Source: an uncultured Anaerolineales bacterium (lineage in GTDB: Bacteria; Chloroflexota; Anaerolineae; UBA1429). From it: a DNA stretch of 61,819 nucleotides. Under the pieces are notes generated by a model, which did no database searches, had not been told where the DNA came from, and saw only the letters and a program-made list of their open reading frames with translations. Shown one piece after another: positions 9,558-18,818 of this stretch (its first letter is position 1; each line of letters begins with the position of its first letter). The translations under genes were made by a program, and so were the position numbers. The DNA is taken from positions 1 through 61,819 of the forward strand of contig CAZMOW010000005.1 of NCBI GenBank assembly GCA_964567975.1. Direction: 5' to 3'.

Positions 9558-11396
9558 TTGTCAATTCCATCCATTCGCTGGGAGATGAATAAACCGCCTA
9601 TGATCGTCGATTCCAACGGTTCACATGCCTTGTCCTCGGCATCTTTGGAGGGTGTCGGCGATTTGAGGGAGAGGGGCATAAAACAGGGGCTGATACTCGA
9701 GGGGCTGTCTGTCGAGGTCGCGCTGTATGGGATCATTACCATAGCTGCGCTCACGGTGCGGCTGGCGGCTCTGGGGCGCTGGCCACTTGTGGAAGGGGAG
9801 GCACATACGGCATTGGCAGCGTGGCGCACTTTGCAGGGGACCCGGCCCGTGGGCTCGTTGGAATATATCCCCCTGCTCTACGACGCGAATCTGGCGCTCT
9901 TTGCTTTGACAAAGGCGTCGGATGTGGCCGTTCGCCTGCTGCCCGCTTTTGCGGGGGCGGCGCTCGTATCACTTCCCTACTTTTGTCGGGATGTGTTGGG
10001 ACGTCAGGGAAGCTTGCTGGCCTCTCTCCTGCTTGCTTTTGCACCCACGTGGGTCTTTTTCTCGCGCATGGCAGAGGGGCCCATACTCACCGCTGCGTTG
10101 AGTGCGGTCATGCTGCTGTCGATCCGGCGCTACTGGCAAGCGGGCGATGGGACTCGTTTGGCCCCGGCCTTTGCCGCGCTGGGATTGGGACTGACGGCGG
10201 GGCCGGGGATATACACCCTTTTGATCTATGGGTTGCTGTACGGCGGTATCTGGTGGCTTACGCGGCGTCACGTTACCTCCCGTGAACGTGGGGGGGTGTT
10301 GTTCCAGGGAGCCTTTACGCGATGGAATGTCTCGATCCTGGTGGGGACGTTCCTTCTTTTTGGCAGCGCTTTCCTGAGTAACCCCGGGGGTATCGGAGTC
10401 AGCATCAACCTGGGCGGTCGGTGGGTGCGTGCGCTGTCCTCTGTGGGCGATTTGTCCTCTCTCGCCCTCGTCAAGACGTTGCTGACGTACGAATTTCTGA
10501 CCGTGGCCTTTGCTCTGGTGGGCGTCGTGTGGGGCCTGTGTCGAAAGGATAGACTCATCCCCTTTCTCTCCCTGTGGGTTGCCTGGGGGTTGTTTTTGAG
10601 CGTTCCTCTGGGCCATCGGGAGCCACGGTGGCTTCCCCATCTGCTTCTGCCGCTGGTCATCCTGGCGGCGAGAGGGTTTCAGTATCTCTGGGATTATCTC
10701 ATCCCCGGTGTGGGGCGAGATGAAGGAATGGTATTCTGGGCGGCCGTCGCTTTGACGGCCTTTGCTTTCCTGGAACTCTGTGCTTTTACCCACACGACAC
10801 AGGAGAGGTACCTCCTCTATGCGGCTGGGGGAGGGGGGGTGGTTTTGGCCATGTGGGGGGTGTCCTGGTGCTGGCTCGGACGTCGTGGAGCCCTGGCGGT
10901 CGGTGTGGGCATCCTGATGCTGTGTATGAGCGTCTTGACTATCAGGGCCTCGACGGCGGTGGCCTATCAGGCGGGGCGCGATGCGCGGGAGCGGATGGTT
11001 CATCGTCCCGCCTCGGTACAGCTGCGCAATCTGGAGCGTTTTTTGCTGGAACTTTCCAGCCGTCGAACGGAGGGACTGCGCGCCGTGGAAATCGAGTATG
11101 AGGAAAGCCTGGACCCCTGGATGAGCTGGTATCTGCGCGACTATCCCCACGCGCGCCCCGTGCCTCTTGGCGATGGTCGGACGGGCGGGGCGGTTCTGAT
11201 CACCGAGGAGCGTCCCGAAGAAGGGGCACCAAGCGGCTATGTGGGCCAGCGTTTCTACCTCCGGGAGCATCGTACCACGCAGCTTCTTTCTGGACGCCAG
11301 TTCCTGCGCTGGTTGTTCTACCGCGATGCCGTGGGGATTGTGGAGGCCGAGCAGATACAGGTGTGGATACGTCTCGATGAAACAGGTGACCAATAG
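9558..11396 (+). CDS. TIGR03663-like / GT-C-fold polytopic membrane protein (divergent paralog of the next gene)
   Basis: 612-aa hydrophobic ORF. Its N-terminal region aligns by eye with the next gene (RLAALGRWPLVEGEAHTALAAW vs RLWALAPRGYSHDESIHAWESW; VRLLPAFAGAAL vs ARLSPALFGIAL). The start is uncertain (TTG 9558 or ATG 9585). The 486-aa antisense ORF has Arg/Pro/Gly-rich shadow composition. Confidence 0.6.
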   Translation: MSIPSIRWEMNKPPMIVDSNGSHALSSASLEGVGDLRERGIKQGLILEGLSVEVALYGIITIAALTVRLAALGRWPLVEGEAHTALAAWRTLQGTRPVGSLEYIPLLYDANLALFALTKASDVAVRLLPAFAGAALVSLPYFCRDVLGRQGSLLASLLLAFAPTWVFFSRMAEGPILTAALSAVMLLSIRRYWQAGDGTRLAPAFAALGLGLTAGPGIYTLLIYGLLYGGIWWLTRRHVTSRERGGVLFQGAFTRWNVSILVGTFLLFGSAFLSNPGGIGVSINLGGRWVRALSSVGDLSSLALVKTLLTYEFLTVAFALVGVVWGLCRKDRLIPFLSLWVAWGLFLSVPLGHREPRWLPHLLLPLVILAARGFQYLWDYLIPGVGRDEGMVFWAAVALTAFAFLELCAFTHTTQERYLLYAAGGGGVVLAMWGVSWCWLGRRGALAVGVGILMLCMSVLTIRASTAVAYQAGRDARERMVHRPASVQLRNLERFLLELSSRRTEGLRAVEIEYEESLDPWMSWYLRDYPHARPVPLGDGRTGGAVLITEERPEEGAPSGYVGQRFYLREHRTTQLLSGRQFLRWLFYRDAVGIVEAEQIQVWIRLDETGDQ

Positions 11397-11417
11397 AGCG
11401 GAGGAGAAAGCACACGG

Positions 11418-14400
11418 ATGAATGAGCAAAAAGCGGTCGCGCTTCTGGACAGGCCCGTCATCCGAGGCAGGATCGCGTGGTGGAAGGTGATATATGCTCT
11501 TCTCATACTCTTTATCGTCTTGACCCGTTTATGGGCTCTGGCCCCCCGTGGTTACAGTCATGACGAGAGCATTCATGCCTGGGAATCTTGGAAATTGATC
11601 ACGGGGCAGGGATATAGTCATAATCCCGTCTATCACGGCCCCTTTCTCTACCATTTCACGGCTTCTATCTTTGCCTTGTTTGGGCATAACGATTATACAG
11701 CACGCCTGAGTCCTGCGCTCTTTGGTATTGCGCTGGGGGTTATGCCTCTCCTGTTGAAAAAGTGGCTGGGCAAAAAGGGTGTCCTGGCGGCGACTTTTCT
11801 GATGGCCATCTCTCCCGTGATGATGCATCGTTCCCGTTTCCTGCGTCATGATGTGTACGTCGCCGTGTTTAACCTGCTGCTGTTCATCGCCACCCTTCGA
11901 TATCTGGATCAGCGCAAAGATAAAGATCTCTATCTGGTGGCGGCGGCGGTCTCTTTGGGCTTTTGCGCCAAGGAGACCACCTTTATCACCTATTTCATCT
12001 TTGGTACCTTTTTAGCCCTTTTTCTTCTCTATAAATGGCGCCGCGATAGCACGCGTGCCTGGCGTGAACTGCCCGTGTTCGATCTGATCATCGTCATCGG
12101 CACCCTCATCTTGCCCCTGGCCTCTCCTTTTCCCATCAAGTTGTTGGGAGGAGACCCGCTGGATTATACGCAGCAGGGAGTCCTTTTCTCTGGAGGCATA
12201 TTCCTGATAGTTCTGGGCATCTCTGTGGCCATCGGCTTCTGGTGGGACTGGCGCCGCTGGTTGATATGTGCGGGCGTATTCTACGGCATCTTTGTGCCAT
12301 TGTTCACGACAATGTTCACTAACGGGCGGGGGTTTGCCACGGGTACGGTGGGCCAATTGGGATACTGGCTTTCTCAGCACGGCGTCAGGCGTGGCGATCA
12401 ACCACCGTATTATTACCTTGTGCTGATGCCCATGTACGAGTTCCTTCCCCTGCTTGGTGGGGCTGGCGGGGCGGTGTACTTTGTTTCCAAGAGATCGGCG
12501 GGTGACGGAGGCGCGGAGGAGACTCGTGTGCGAGTTCCATTTATTCCCATGCTCCTCTACTGGAGCGTGTCGGCCTTTGTGATCTATAGTTGGGCCGGGG
12601 AAAAGATGCCCTGGCTGACCATGCACCTGGTTCTTCCGCTGCAACTTTTGGCCGGCTGGGCTGTCGGGCGCCTCTTTGACACGGACTGGTACGAACTGAA
12701 GGAAAAGGGGTCGCTCTGGCTCCTCCTGTTGGTTCCCCTTTTCATCTATGTGATTCTGCGCCTGTTCAGTCTCAGTCCCTCGGCGGGTACGACCAGACAG
12801 GAGTTGAGCGAGACCATGGCCTGGTTGACCTCTCTGGTCGTCGGACTGGGACTGGTGGTTGCCATCTCTCGCATCATCTATCGTCTGCGCCGGAGCCAGC
12901 GCTGGCGCATAATCCTGGTCTCAGTTTTCATCATACTCAGTATGCTGACATTGCGCTTTGCCTGGATGGCGTCCTTTATCAACGCCGATCTCCCAACCGA
13001 GTTTCTGGTCTACGCCCAGGGCTCGCCGGACGTGGCTCTGGTGGCGCAGGAGATTGAGGAGATGTCCCGTCGGCTGACCGGGGGACTGCATATGAAGGTG
13101 GCCTACGATGACGACGCCAGCTGGCCCTTTGTCTGGTATCTACGCAAGTTTGACAATGCCCAGTTCTATGGCAAAGAACCGGAAGGCCCTTTTGATGCCG
13201 AGGTGGTACTTGTCGGGCCACCCAACGAGTCGGCCGTCAAGCCCCTGTTGGGCAACAACTATTACCGGCGTCAGTATCGGCTCATCTGGTGGCCCAATCA
13301 GGACTGGTATATGGATGCAGAACTGAGGAGTGTTCGGGAGGGCATGCAGGGTAAAGGCTCCCTGGGGAGCCTGTCCGATAATCTGCTTTACATGGGCAAG
13401 ATGTTACAGAAAATCTGGCGGGTTATCAGTAGCGAGTCGGCGCGCCAGAACCTCTGGAACGTCTTCTTTTACCGCAAATACGAGGAGGCTTCCTTGACTG
13501 ACTGGCCCCACGTGCACAAATTCGCCATGTACGTGCGGCGGGACGTGGCACAGCAGTTGTGGGACTATGGTCCCGAGGCGCTCACGGCGGCGGAACCCCT
13601 GCCAGGAGACGAATACGTGGAAAAGTGGGAGCAGATCAAGGCGGTCGATGCCTTTGGTACTGCGGGCAGCGAGGGGGGGCAGTTGAACACACCCAAGGGT
13701 GTCGCTGTGGATAGTGAGGGCAATGTTTATGTGACCGATGCCCACAATCATCGGGTACAGGTGTTCGATGGAAACGGCCAGTTCCTGCATCAGTGGGGTG
13801 CAGAGGGTGGTCGCCCCGGCGAGTTCAAGGAGCCCTGGGGGGTGGCAGTGGGGCCCGAGGGGGATGTCTATGTCGCCGACACCTGGAATCACCGCATTCA
13901 GATATTCGATGCTAGGGGGGAACTAGAGCGGGTATGGGGAACCTTTGGTGAAGTGGGGAACCCTATGGATTCGGATGAGCTCCTGTATGGTCCGCGTGAT
14001 GTCGTCGTCGATGAGGAGGGCTATCTCTATATCAGTGATACGGGGAATAAGCGGGTGGTCAAGTATGACCCCGAGGGCAACATGGTCAAGGCCGTGGGCG
14101 GTGCCGGCGACGAGAAAGGTCAGATGCAGGAACCCGTGGGGCTTGCGGTGTCCCGGGCGGGCGTTCTGTACGTCGCCGATACGTGGAACCAGCGTATTCA
14201 GGCCTTTGATGGCGATCTGAACTTTTTGCGCAGTTGGCAGATTCACGCCTGGGGGGGCATGTCCGTAATCAACAAGCCCTACCTGGCGGTGGGTGCTGAT
14301 GGGGGTGTCTATGCCACCGATCCCGAGGGCCAACGTATCATCGCCTTTGATAATCAGGGGCAGCTCTTGCGTGTGTGGGGGCAGGAAGGTAGTGACCTCT

Positions 14401-14501
14401 CCTCTATGAATCTGCCAACGGGCATCGCCGCGGATGCGTCAGGTCGGCTTTTGGTAAGCGACTCTGGAAACGATCGTATTCTGGTGTTCGAGGAGCGTTG
14501 A
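11418..14501 (+). CDS. TIGR03663-type GT-C-like membrane protein with a C-terminal six-bladed NHL-repeat domain
   Basis: The N-terminal ~700 aa are polytopic and carry RGYSHDESIHAWESWKL...NPVYHGPFLYH, a first-loop acidic motif of PMT_2/TIGR03663 type (recalled from memory). The C-terminal ~280 aa (nt ~13650-14498) hold six NHL-like repeats: PKGVAVDSEGNVYVTDAHNHRVQVFD, PWGVAVGPEGDVYVADTWNHRIQIFD, PRDVVVDEEGYLYISDTGNKRVVKYD, PVGLAVSRAGVLYVADTWNQRIQAFD, YLAVGADGGVYATDPEGQRIIAFD, PTGIAADASGRLLVSDSGNDRILVFE. A GAGGAG RBS lies upstream. Confidence 0.8.
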   Translation: MNEQKAVALLDRPVIRGRIAWWKVIYALLILFIVLTRLWALAPRGYSHDESIHAWESWKLITGQGYSHNPVYHGPFLYHFTASIFALFGHNDYTARLSPALFGIALGVMPLLLKKWLGKKGVLAATFLMAISPVMMHRSRFLRHDVYVAVFNLLLFIATLRYLDQRKDKDLYLVAAAVSLGFCAKETTFITYFIFGTFLALFLLYKWRRDSTRAWRELPVFDLIIVIGTLILPLASPFPIKLLGGDPLDYTQQGVLFSGGIFLIVLGISVAIGFWWDWRRWLICAGVFYGIFVPLFTTMFTNGRGFATGTVGQLGYWLSQHGVRRGDQPPYYYLVLMPMYEFLPLLGGAGGAVYFVSKRSAGDGGAEETRVRVPFIPMLLYWSVSAFVIYSWAGEKMPWLTMHLVLPLQLLAGWAVGRLFDTDWYELKEKGSLWLLLLVPLFIYVILRLFSLSPSAGTTRQELSETMAWLTSLVVGLGLVVAISRIIYRLRRSQRWRIILVSVFIILSMLTLRFAWMASFINADLPTEFLVYAQGSPDVALVAQEIEEMSRRLTGGLHMKVAYDDDASWPFVWYLRKFDNAQFYGKEPEGPFDAEVVLVGPPNESAVKPLLGNNYYRRQYRLIWWPNQDWYMDAELRSVREGMQGKGSLGSLSDNLLYMGKMLQKIWRVISSESARQNLWNVFFYRKYEEASLTDWPHVHKFAMYVRRDVAQQLWDYGPEALTAAEPLPGDEYVEKWEQIKAVDAFGTAGSEGGQLNTPKGVAVDSEGNVYVTDAHNHRVQVFDGNGQFLHQWGAEGGRPGEFKEPWGVAVGPEGDVYVADTWNHRIQIFDARGELERVWGTFGEVGNPMDSDELLYGPRDVVVDEEGYLYISDTGNKRVVKYDPEGNMVKAVGGAGDEKGQMQEPVGLAVSRAGVLYVADTWNQRIQAFDGDLNFLRSWQIHAWGGMSVINKPYLAVGADGGVYATDPEGQRIIAFDNQGQLLRVWGQEGSDLSSMNLPTGIAADASGRLLVSDSGNDRILVFEER

Positions 14502-14515
14502 GGTAAGGATGGCCC

Positions 14516-15655
14516 ATGAGACTGCACGAATATCAGGCAAAAGAGGTATTCATCGCTCATGACATTCCCGTGCCCGCCGGCCAGGTGGCGGAGCGGGCGG
14601 AGGAGGTGTCAAAGATCGCGGAGCGGTTGGGCACGGACGTGGCCATCAAGGCGCAGGTACTGGTGGGAGGTAGGGGCAGAGCCGGCGGTATCGCCTTTGC
14701 AGAGACGCCTGGGGAAGCCGCCAAGAAGGCTCGGGGCATCCTGGGCCGTGAGCTTATGGGGCTGTCCGTGCACTGTGTCCTGGTGGAGAAAAAGATCGAC
14801 GTCGCCGACGAGATCTATGTGGGGTTGGCCGTCGATCGCCAGGCGCGGTGCATGGTGTTCATCGTCTCCTCCGAGGGAGGTGTGGATATCGAGGAGACGG
14901 CGCGTGGGCGGCCCCAGACCGTACAGCGGATAGCCCTCGATCCCCTCGTCGGGCTCCGTCCCTATCATGTGACTCGCCTCGTGTCGGCCGTGGGGCTACC
15001 GCGTGCCCTGTGGGGCGGACTGCGGCGGATCGCGGTCAAATTGTACGAGCTTGCGCAGGAGACCGAGGCCACTCTGGTGGAGATAAATCCCCTGGCGGTT
15101 TCGCGAGAAGGAGACATGTGTGCCGTCGATGCCAAGATGACGGTGGATGATAATGGCCTCTTTCGGCATCCGGATATGGCGGCCATGCGGCGCGCTGATG
15201 ACGAGGGGGCGGGGGAGCGGCGGGCGCGGGAGGCGGGCATCAGCTACGTGAGGCTGAAGGGTGATATCGGCTGCATGGTCAATGGTGCGGGATTGGCCAT
15301 GGCCACCATGGATGTGATCAACCTCTATGGCGGTGCGCCAGCCAACTTTCTCGATATCGGCGGGGGCGCCCGGACTGACAGGGTGATAGAGGCTCTGGAG
15401 ATCATCCTGGAAGATGGGGCCGTACGCGCTGTGCTTATCAATATATTTGGTGGCATCACGCGCTGCGATGCGGTGGCCGAGGGTATCGTCGAAGCCCTGA
15501 ACAAGTTGGAGGTTGATGTGCCCATGGTCGTTCGCCTCGCGGGGACGAACGAGGAGGCGGGGCGCCGTATCCTGACCGAGGCGGGATTGGAGACCACGCC
15601 CAGCCTTGCTGAGGGCGCGCAGGCGGCTGTCGCCGCGGTGGGGAGGAGCGGATGA
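14516..15655 (+). CDS. sucC: succinyl-CoA synthetase (ADP-forming) beta subunit
   Basis: [13 protein letters not shown]-terminus, ATP-grasp layout, 379 aa. ATGA overlap with the alpha-subunit gene. Confidence 0.9.
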   Translation: MRLHEYQAKEVFIAHDIPVPAGQVAERAEEVSKIAERLGTDVAIKAQVLVGGRGRAGGIAFAETPGEAAKKARGILGRELMGLSVHCVLVEKKIDVADEIYVGLAVDRQARCMVFIVSSEGGVDIEETARGRPQTVQRIALDPLVGLRPYHVTRLVSAVGLPRALWGGLRRIAVKLYELAQETEATLVEINPLAVSREGDMCAVDAKMTVDDNGLFRHPDMAAMRRADDEGAGERRAREAGISYVRLKGDIGCMVNGAGLAMATMDVINLYGGAPANFLDIGGGARTDRVIEALEIILEDGAVRAVLINIFGGITRCDAVAEGIVEALNKLEVDVPMVVRLAGTNEEAGRRILTEAGLETTPSLAEGAQAAVAAVGRSG

Positions 15656-16521
15656 GCATTTTGATCGACGCCGATACCCGTGTGCTTGTGCAGGGCATCA
15701 CGGGACGGGAGGGTTCCTTTCATGCCAGGCAGATGCTGTCCTATGGTACAAACGTGGTTGCCGGCGTCACTCCGGGCAAGGGAGGCCAGAGCGTAGAGGG
15801 GGTGCCCGTCTTTGACCATGTGCAGGTGGCCCTTGAGAACAGCGGGGCTGACGTATCTATCGTCTTTGTGCCCGCTCCCTATGCTATGGACGCTATCCTG
15901 GAGGCGATGGAGGCGAATATTCCCCTGATTGCCTGCGTGACGGAGGGCATCCCCCTATGGGATATGTTGCGCGTGGCGCGCTATCTGCAGGATGAGCCTG
16001 TTCGTCTCCTGGGCCCCAATTGCCCGGGGATTATCAGTCCGGGCGTTACCAAAGTGGGTATCATGCCCGGGCATATTCACCTGCCGGGAAACGTGGGGGT
16101 GGTGTCGCGGAGCGGCACGCTGACCTACGAGATCGTATGGGGCCTGACCCAGGCCGATCTGGGGCAGTCGAGTTGTGTGGGGATCGGCGGGGATCCCATC
16201 GTCGGAACGGATTTTGTCGACATTCTGCGTTTGTTCGAGGCCGATCCCCAGACGGAGGCGGTGGTGATGATCGGCGAGATTGGGGGGCAGGCGGAACAGC
16301 GGGCGGGGGAATTCATCGAGGCTGAGATGACCAAGCCCGTAGTCGCTTTTATCGCCGGGCGCACGGCGCCCCCTGACCGGCGCATGGGGCATGCGGGGGC
16401 CATCATTTCCGAGGAAGGAGGGCGTGCGGAGAAAAAGATCGCTATCCTTCGCTCGGCAGGTGCCTTGGTGGCCGAACAGCCGGTACAGGTGGCAGAGCTC
16501 TTGTATGAGGTGATGGACTGA
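15652..16521 (+). CDS. sucD: succinyl-CoA synthetase alpha subunit
   Basis: [23 protein letters not shown] and the phosphohistidine loop MGHAGAII. 289 aa. Confidence 0.9.
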   Translation: MSILIDADTRVLVQGITGREGSFHARQMLSYGTNVVAGVTPGKGGQSVEGVPVFDHVQVALENSGADVSIVFVPAPYAMDAILEAMEANIPLIACVTEGIPLWDMLRVARYLQDEPVRLLGPNCPGIISPGVTKVGIMPGHIHLPGNVGVVSRSGTLTYEIVWGLTQADLGQSSCVGIGGDPIVGTDFVDILRLFEADPQTEAVVMIGEIGGQAEQRAGEFIEAEMTKPVVAFIAGRTAPPDRRMGHAGAIISEEGGRAEKKIAILRSAGALVAEQPVQVAELLYEVMD

Positions 16522-16525
16522 GCAC

Positions 16526-17179
16526 ATGATTCTGGATGTTGACGTTTTTCTCTTCGATTTTGATGGCACCCTGATCGCGCCAAGCATAGATTTCGACAGG
16601 ATGTATCGGGAAGCCTTCAGCATAATAGGCGATTTTGGTTTGTATGATCGTTCAATGGAGCAGTTGCACATCCTGGAGATCGTAGAGCGCGCAGAGGCGC
16701 AGCTGCGGGCCGACCATGGTACGCGCGAGGAATTTTTGAAACAGGTGCATACAGCGATCCTCGATGCGGAACTGGAGGCCGCCGAGCGTGCCAACGTCTA
16801 TCCGGGCGTCCCCGAGATGCTGGAGGAACTCGCTGACAGGGGATTCGGGGTGGCCATCGTGACGCGCAACTCCCGGGCTGCCGTGATGCGTATCCTGGAG
16901 CGAGAAGCCCTGCATCACGATGTGTTGCTCACCCGTGATGACGTGGCGCACGTCAAGCCGGATCCTCGCCATCTGTTGGAAGCCTTGGAGCACTTTTCCG
17001 AGACGAAACGGTGTGCTGCCATGTGTGGGGACCACCCCATGGACGTGCTCGCGGGAAAGCGCATCGGCGCGTTGACGGTGGGCGTTCTTACTCCCGACAC
17101 GACGGAGGAACGCTTTGCGGAGGTGAAGCCCGATCTTGTGGTCTCACACCCGCCAGAGATCTTGGAGTATATGGGTTAA
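16526..17179 (+). CDS. HAD-superfamily hydrolase (phosphoglycolate-phosphatase-like)
   Basis: Motif I FLFDFDGTL, motif II VTRNS, C-terminal GDHPMDVLAG (motif III/IV-like). Lies 4 bp after sucD. Confidence 0.75.
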   Translation: MILDVDVFLFDFDGTLIAPSIDFDRMYREAFSIIGDFGLYDRSMEQLHILEIVERAEAQLRADHGTREEFLKQVHTAILDAELEAAERANVYPGVPEMLEELADRGFGVAIVTRNSRAAVMRILEREALHHDVLLTRDDVAHVKPDPRHLLEALEHFSETKRCAAMCGDHPMDVLAGKRIGALTVGVLTPDTTEERFAEVKPDLVVSHPPEILEYMG

Positions 17180-17204
17180 CTCATATTATGCTCGCGAAAT
17201 CCGT

Positions 17205-17233
17205 TTGACAGGGCAAAGTAATACTTTTATGAT
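17205..17233 (+). promoter_or_regulatory. sigma70-like promoter candidate for the kor operon
   Basis: TTGACA (17205-17210), a 17-nt spacer, then TATGAT (17228-17233), in the 225-bp gap upstream of korD. Confidence 0.45.
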
Positions 17234-17404
17234 GAAGGTGGAGCTGACTATAGGTACTTTGCGGAAATCCATTACTCAAAGATGAGATGGAGGCATTATA
17301 GTGGTTGGGAGATATTGGGGTCAGACCCTTGAGGTGGTGGCAAAGGGGCTGGCCCTGTTCCTTTTTAAGCAGGGGGCGTCGCCATGGAACAAGGAGGTTC
17401 TTAG

Positions 17405-17701
17405 ATGACGACTGCAGAAATGGTTCCTCAAGGAACCGTTGAGAAAGAGGGGACGTGGGCAGAGACTGAACAGGAGGAGCGGGCGCGTATGCGCGTCCGC
17501 GTTTTTGGCAAGTGGTGCAAGGGATGTGGTCTGTGTATCGCCTTCTGTCCGCAGCAGGTCTTTGAAGCGGATGTGGAGCAGCGCCCGGTCGTGGCGCACC
17601 CGGAGCGTTGCGTGGGCTGTCAGTGGTGTGTGATTCACTGCCCGGATTTTGCCATCATCGTCGATGAGGTTGAGGTCGGGGAAGGTGAGGCCGTGAAATG
17701 A
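17405..17701 (+). CDS. korD: 2-oxoacid:ferredoxin oxidoreductase delta subunit (2x[4Fe-4S] ferredoxin domain)
   Basis: Two Cys clusters, CKGCGLCIAFCP and CVGCQWCVIHCP. AAGGAGG RBS. ATGA overlap with korA. Confidence 0.8.
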   Translation: MTTAEMVPQGTVEKEGTWAETEQEERARMRVRVFGKWCKGCGLCIAFCPQQVFEADVEQRPVVAHPERCVGCQWCVIHCPDFAIIVDEVEVGEGEAVK

Positions 17702-18816
17702 CGGTAGAGTTTTTGCAGGGGAACACCGCCTGTGTCAAGGGGGCGTTGATGGCGGGCTGCCGCTTCTTTGGTGGCTATCCCATCACCCCCGCGTCAGAGA
17801 TCGCCGAGCTGTTATCGCAGGAACTTCCCAAGGTGGGGGGGAAATATATGCAGATGGAGGACGAGATGGCTTCCATCGCCTCTGTCATCGGGGCTTCCAT
17901 CGGCGGGCTGAAGGCCATGACGGCCACAAGCGGTCCCGGTTTTTCCCTCATGCAGGAGAATATAGGTTACGCAGCGGCCACCGAGATACCTTGCGTGATC
18001 GTCAACGTGCAGCGAGGGGGCCCGAGCACGGGTTTGCCCACGTCTCCCTCTCAGGGAGATGTCATGCAGGCGCGCTGGGGTACACATGGGGATCATCCCA
18101 TCATCGTGCTGTGTCCTTCTTCTGTGCCCGAGACCTTTACGCTGACAGTGGAGGCGTTCAACTTTTCCGAAAAGTATCGCACCCCCGTAATCGTACTCAT
18201 GGATGCCGTCATGGGACATATGCGGGAGCCCTTTGATCTGGGGGCCAACGAGCCGGTGGAGATCGTGGAGCGTATGGGAACGGATGTGCCGCCCGAATGG
18301 TACTTTCCCTATGACGACACGCGCACCATTCCGCCCCTGGTCAGTTTTGGACGAGGGTTCCGCTACCATGTCACCGGCTTGATGCACGATCGCGCGGGTT
18401 TCCCCACCTACAGGGAGGACGAGATCGTCCCCTGGTGGCAGCGCGTGTTCGCCAAGATCGAGGGCAGTTTGGATCAGATCGTCATATACAGAACGGACGG
18501 TGTGGAAGATGCGCGCACGGTGGTCATCGCTTACGGATCCACAGCGCGGTCCGCGGCACAGGCTGTCAAGATGGCGCGCTCGAAACGCTACAAGGTGGGA
18601 CTTGTGGTGTTGCAGACGCTTTGGCCCTTTCACGACCTGCTGGTCGAGGAGCTTGCCGCCGAGGCGCGTCGGGTGATCGTGCCAGAGATGAACCGGGGGC
18701 AATTGGTGTTGGAGGTGGAGCGTGTCTTGGGGCGTTCCAAGGTGACACGGGTCAATCGGCTGGATGGTGAGCTGATTCCCCCTCGACAGATCGTCGAGGC
18801 CATCGAGAGGGGCTAG
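17698..18816 (+). CDS. korA: 2-oxoacid (probably 2-oxoglutarate):ferredoxin oxidoreductase alpha subunit
   Basis: 372 aa with N-terminus LQGNTACVKGALMAGCRFFGGYPITPASEI, typical of KorA/PorA. The substrate is inferred only from the adjacent sucCD. Confidence 0.8.
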   Translation: MTVEFLQGNTACVKGALMAGCRFFGGYPITPASEIAELLSQELPKVGGKYMQMEDEMASIASVIGASIGGLKAMTATSGPGFSLMQENIGYAAATEIPCVIVNVQRGGPSTGLPTSPSQGDVMQARWGTHGDHPIIVLCPSSVPETFTLTVEAFNFSEKYRTPVIVLMDAVMGHMREPFDLGANEPVEIVERMGTDVPPEWYFPYDDTRTIPPLVSFGRGFRYHVTGLMHDRAGFPTYREDEIVPWWQRVFAKIEGSLDQIVIYRTDGVEDARTVVIAYGSTARSAAQAVKMARSKRYKVGLVVLQTLWPFHDLLVEELAAEARRVIVPEMNRGQLVLEVERVLGRSKVTRVNRLDGELIPPRQIVEAIERG

Positions 18817-18818
18817 AG

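Noticed and set aside
9969-11429. 486-aa minus-strand ORF antisense to the 612-aa membrane protein gene
   Set aside because: Its composition is dominated by Arg, Pro, Gly and Gln with no domain-like motifs. This is typical of a shadow ORF in high-GC DNA. The plus-strand ORF has coherent TM segments and paralogy to the next gene.
17191-17275. Repeated GCG(G)AAATCC motif (near 17194 and 17263) as a regulator site upstream of korD
   Set aside because: There are only two short, imperfect direct copies, which is too little to distinguish from chance.
15955-18702. Long minus-strand ORFs (15955-16794, 16125-16583, 17812-18702) antisense to sucD, the HAD gene and korA
   Set aside because: The sense-strand genes carry unambiguous enzyme motifs. 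The antisense ORFs are Arg/Pro/Ser-rich and unsupported.
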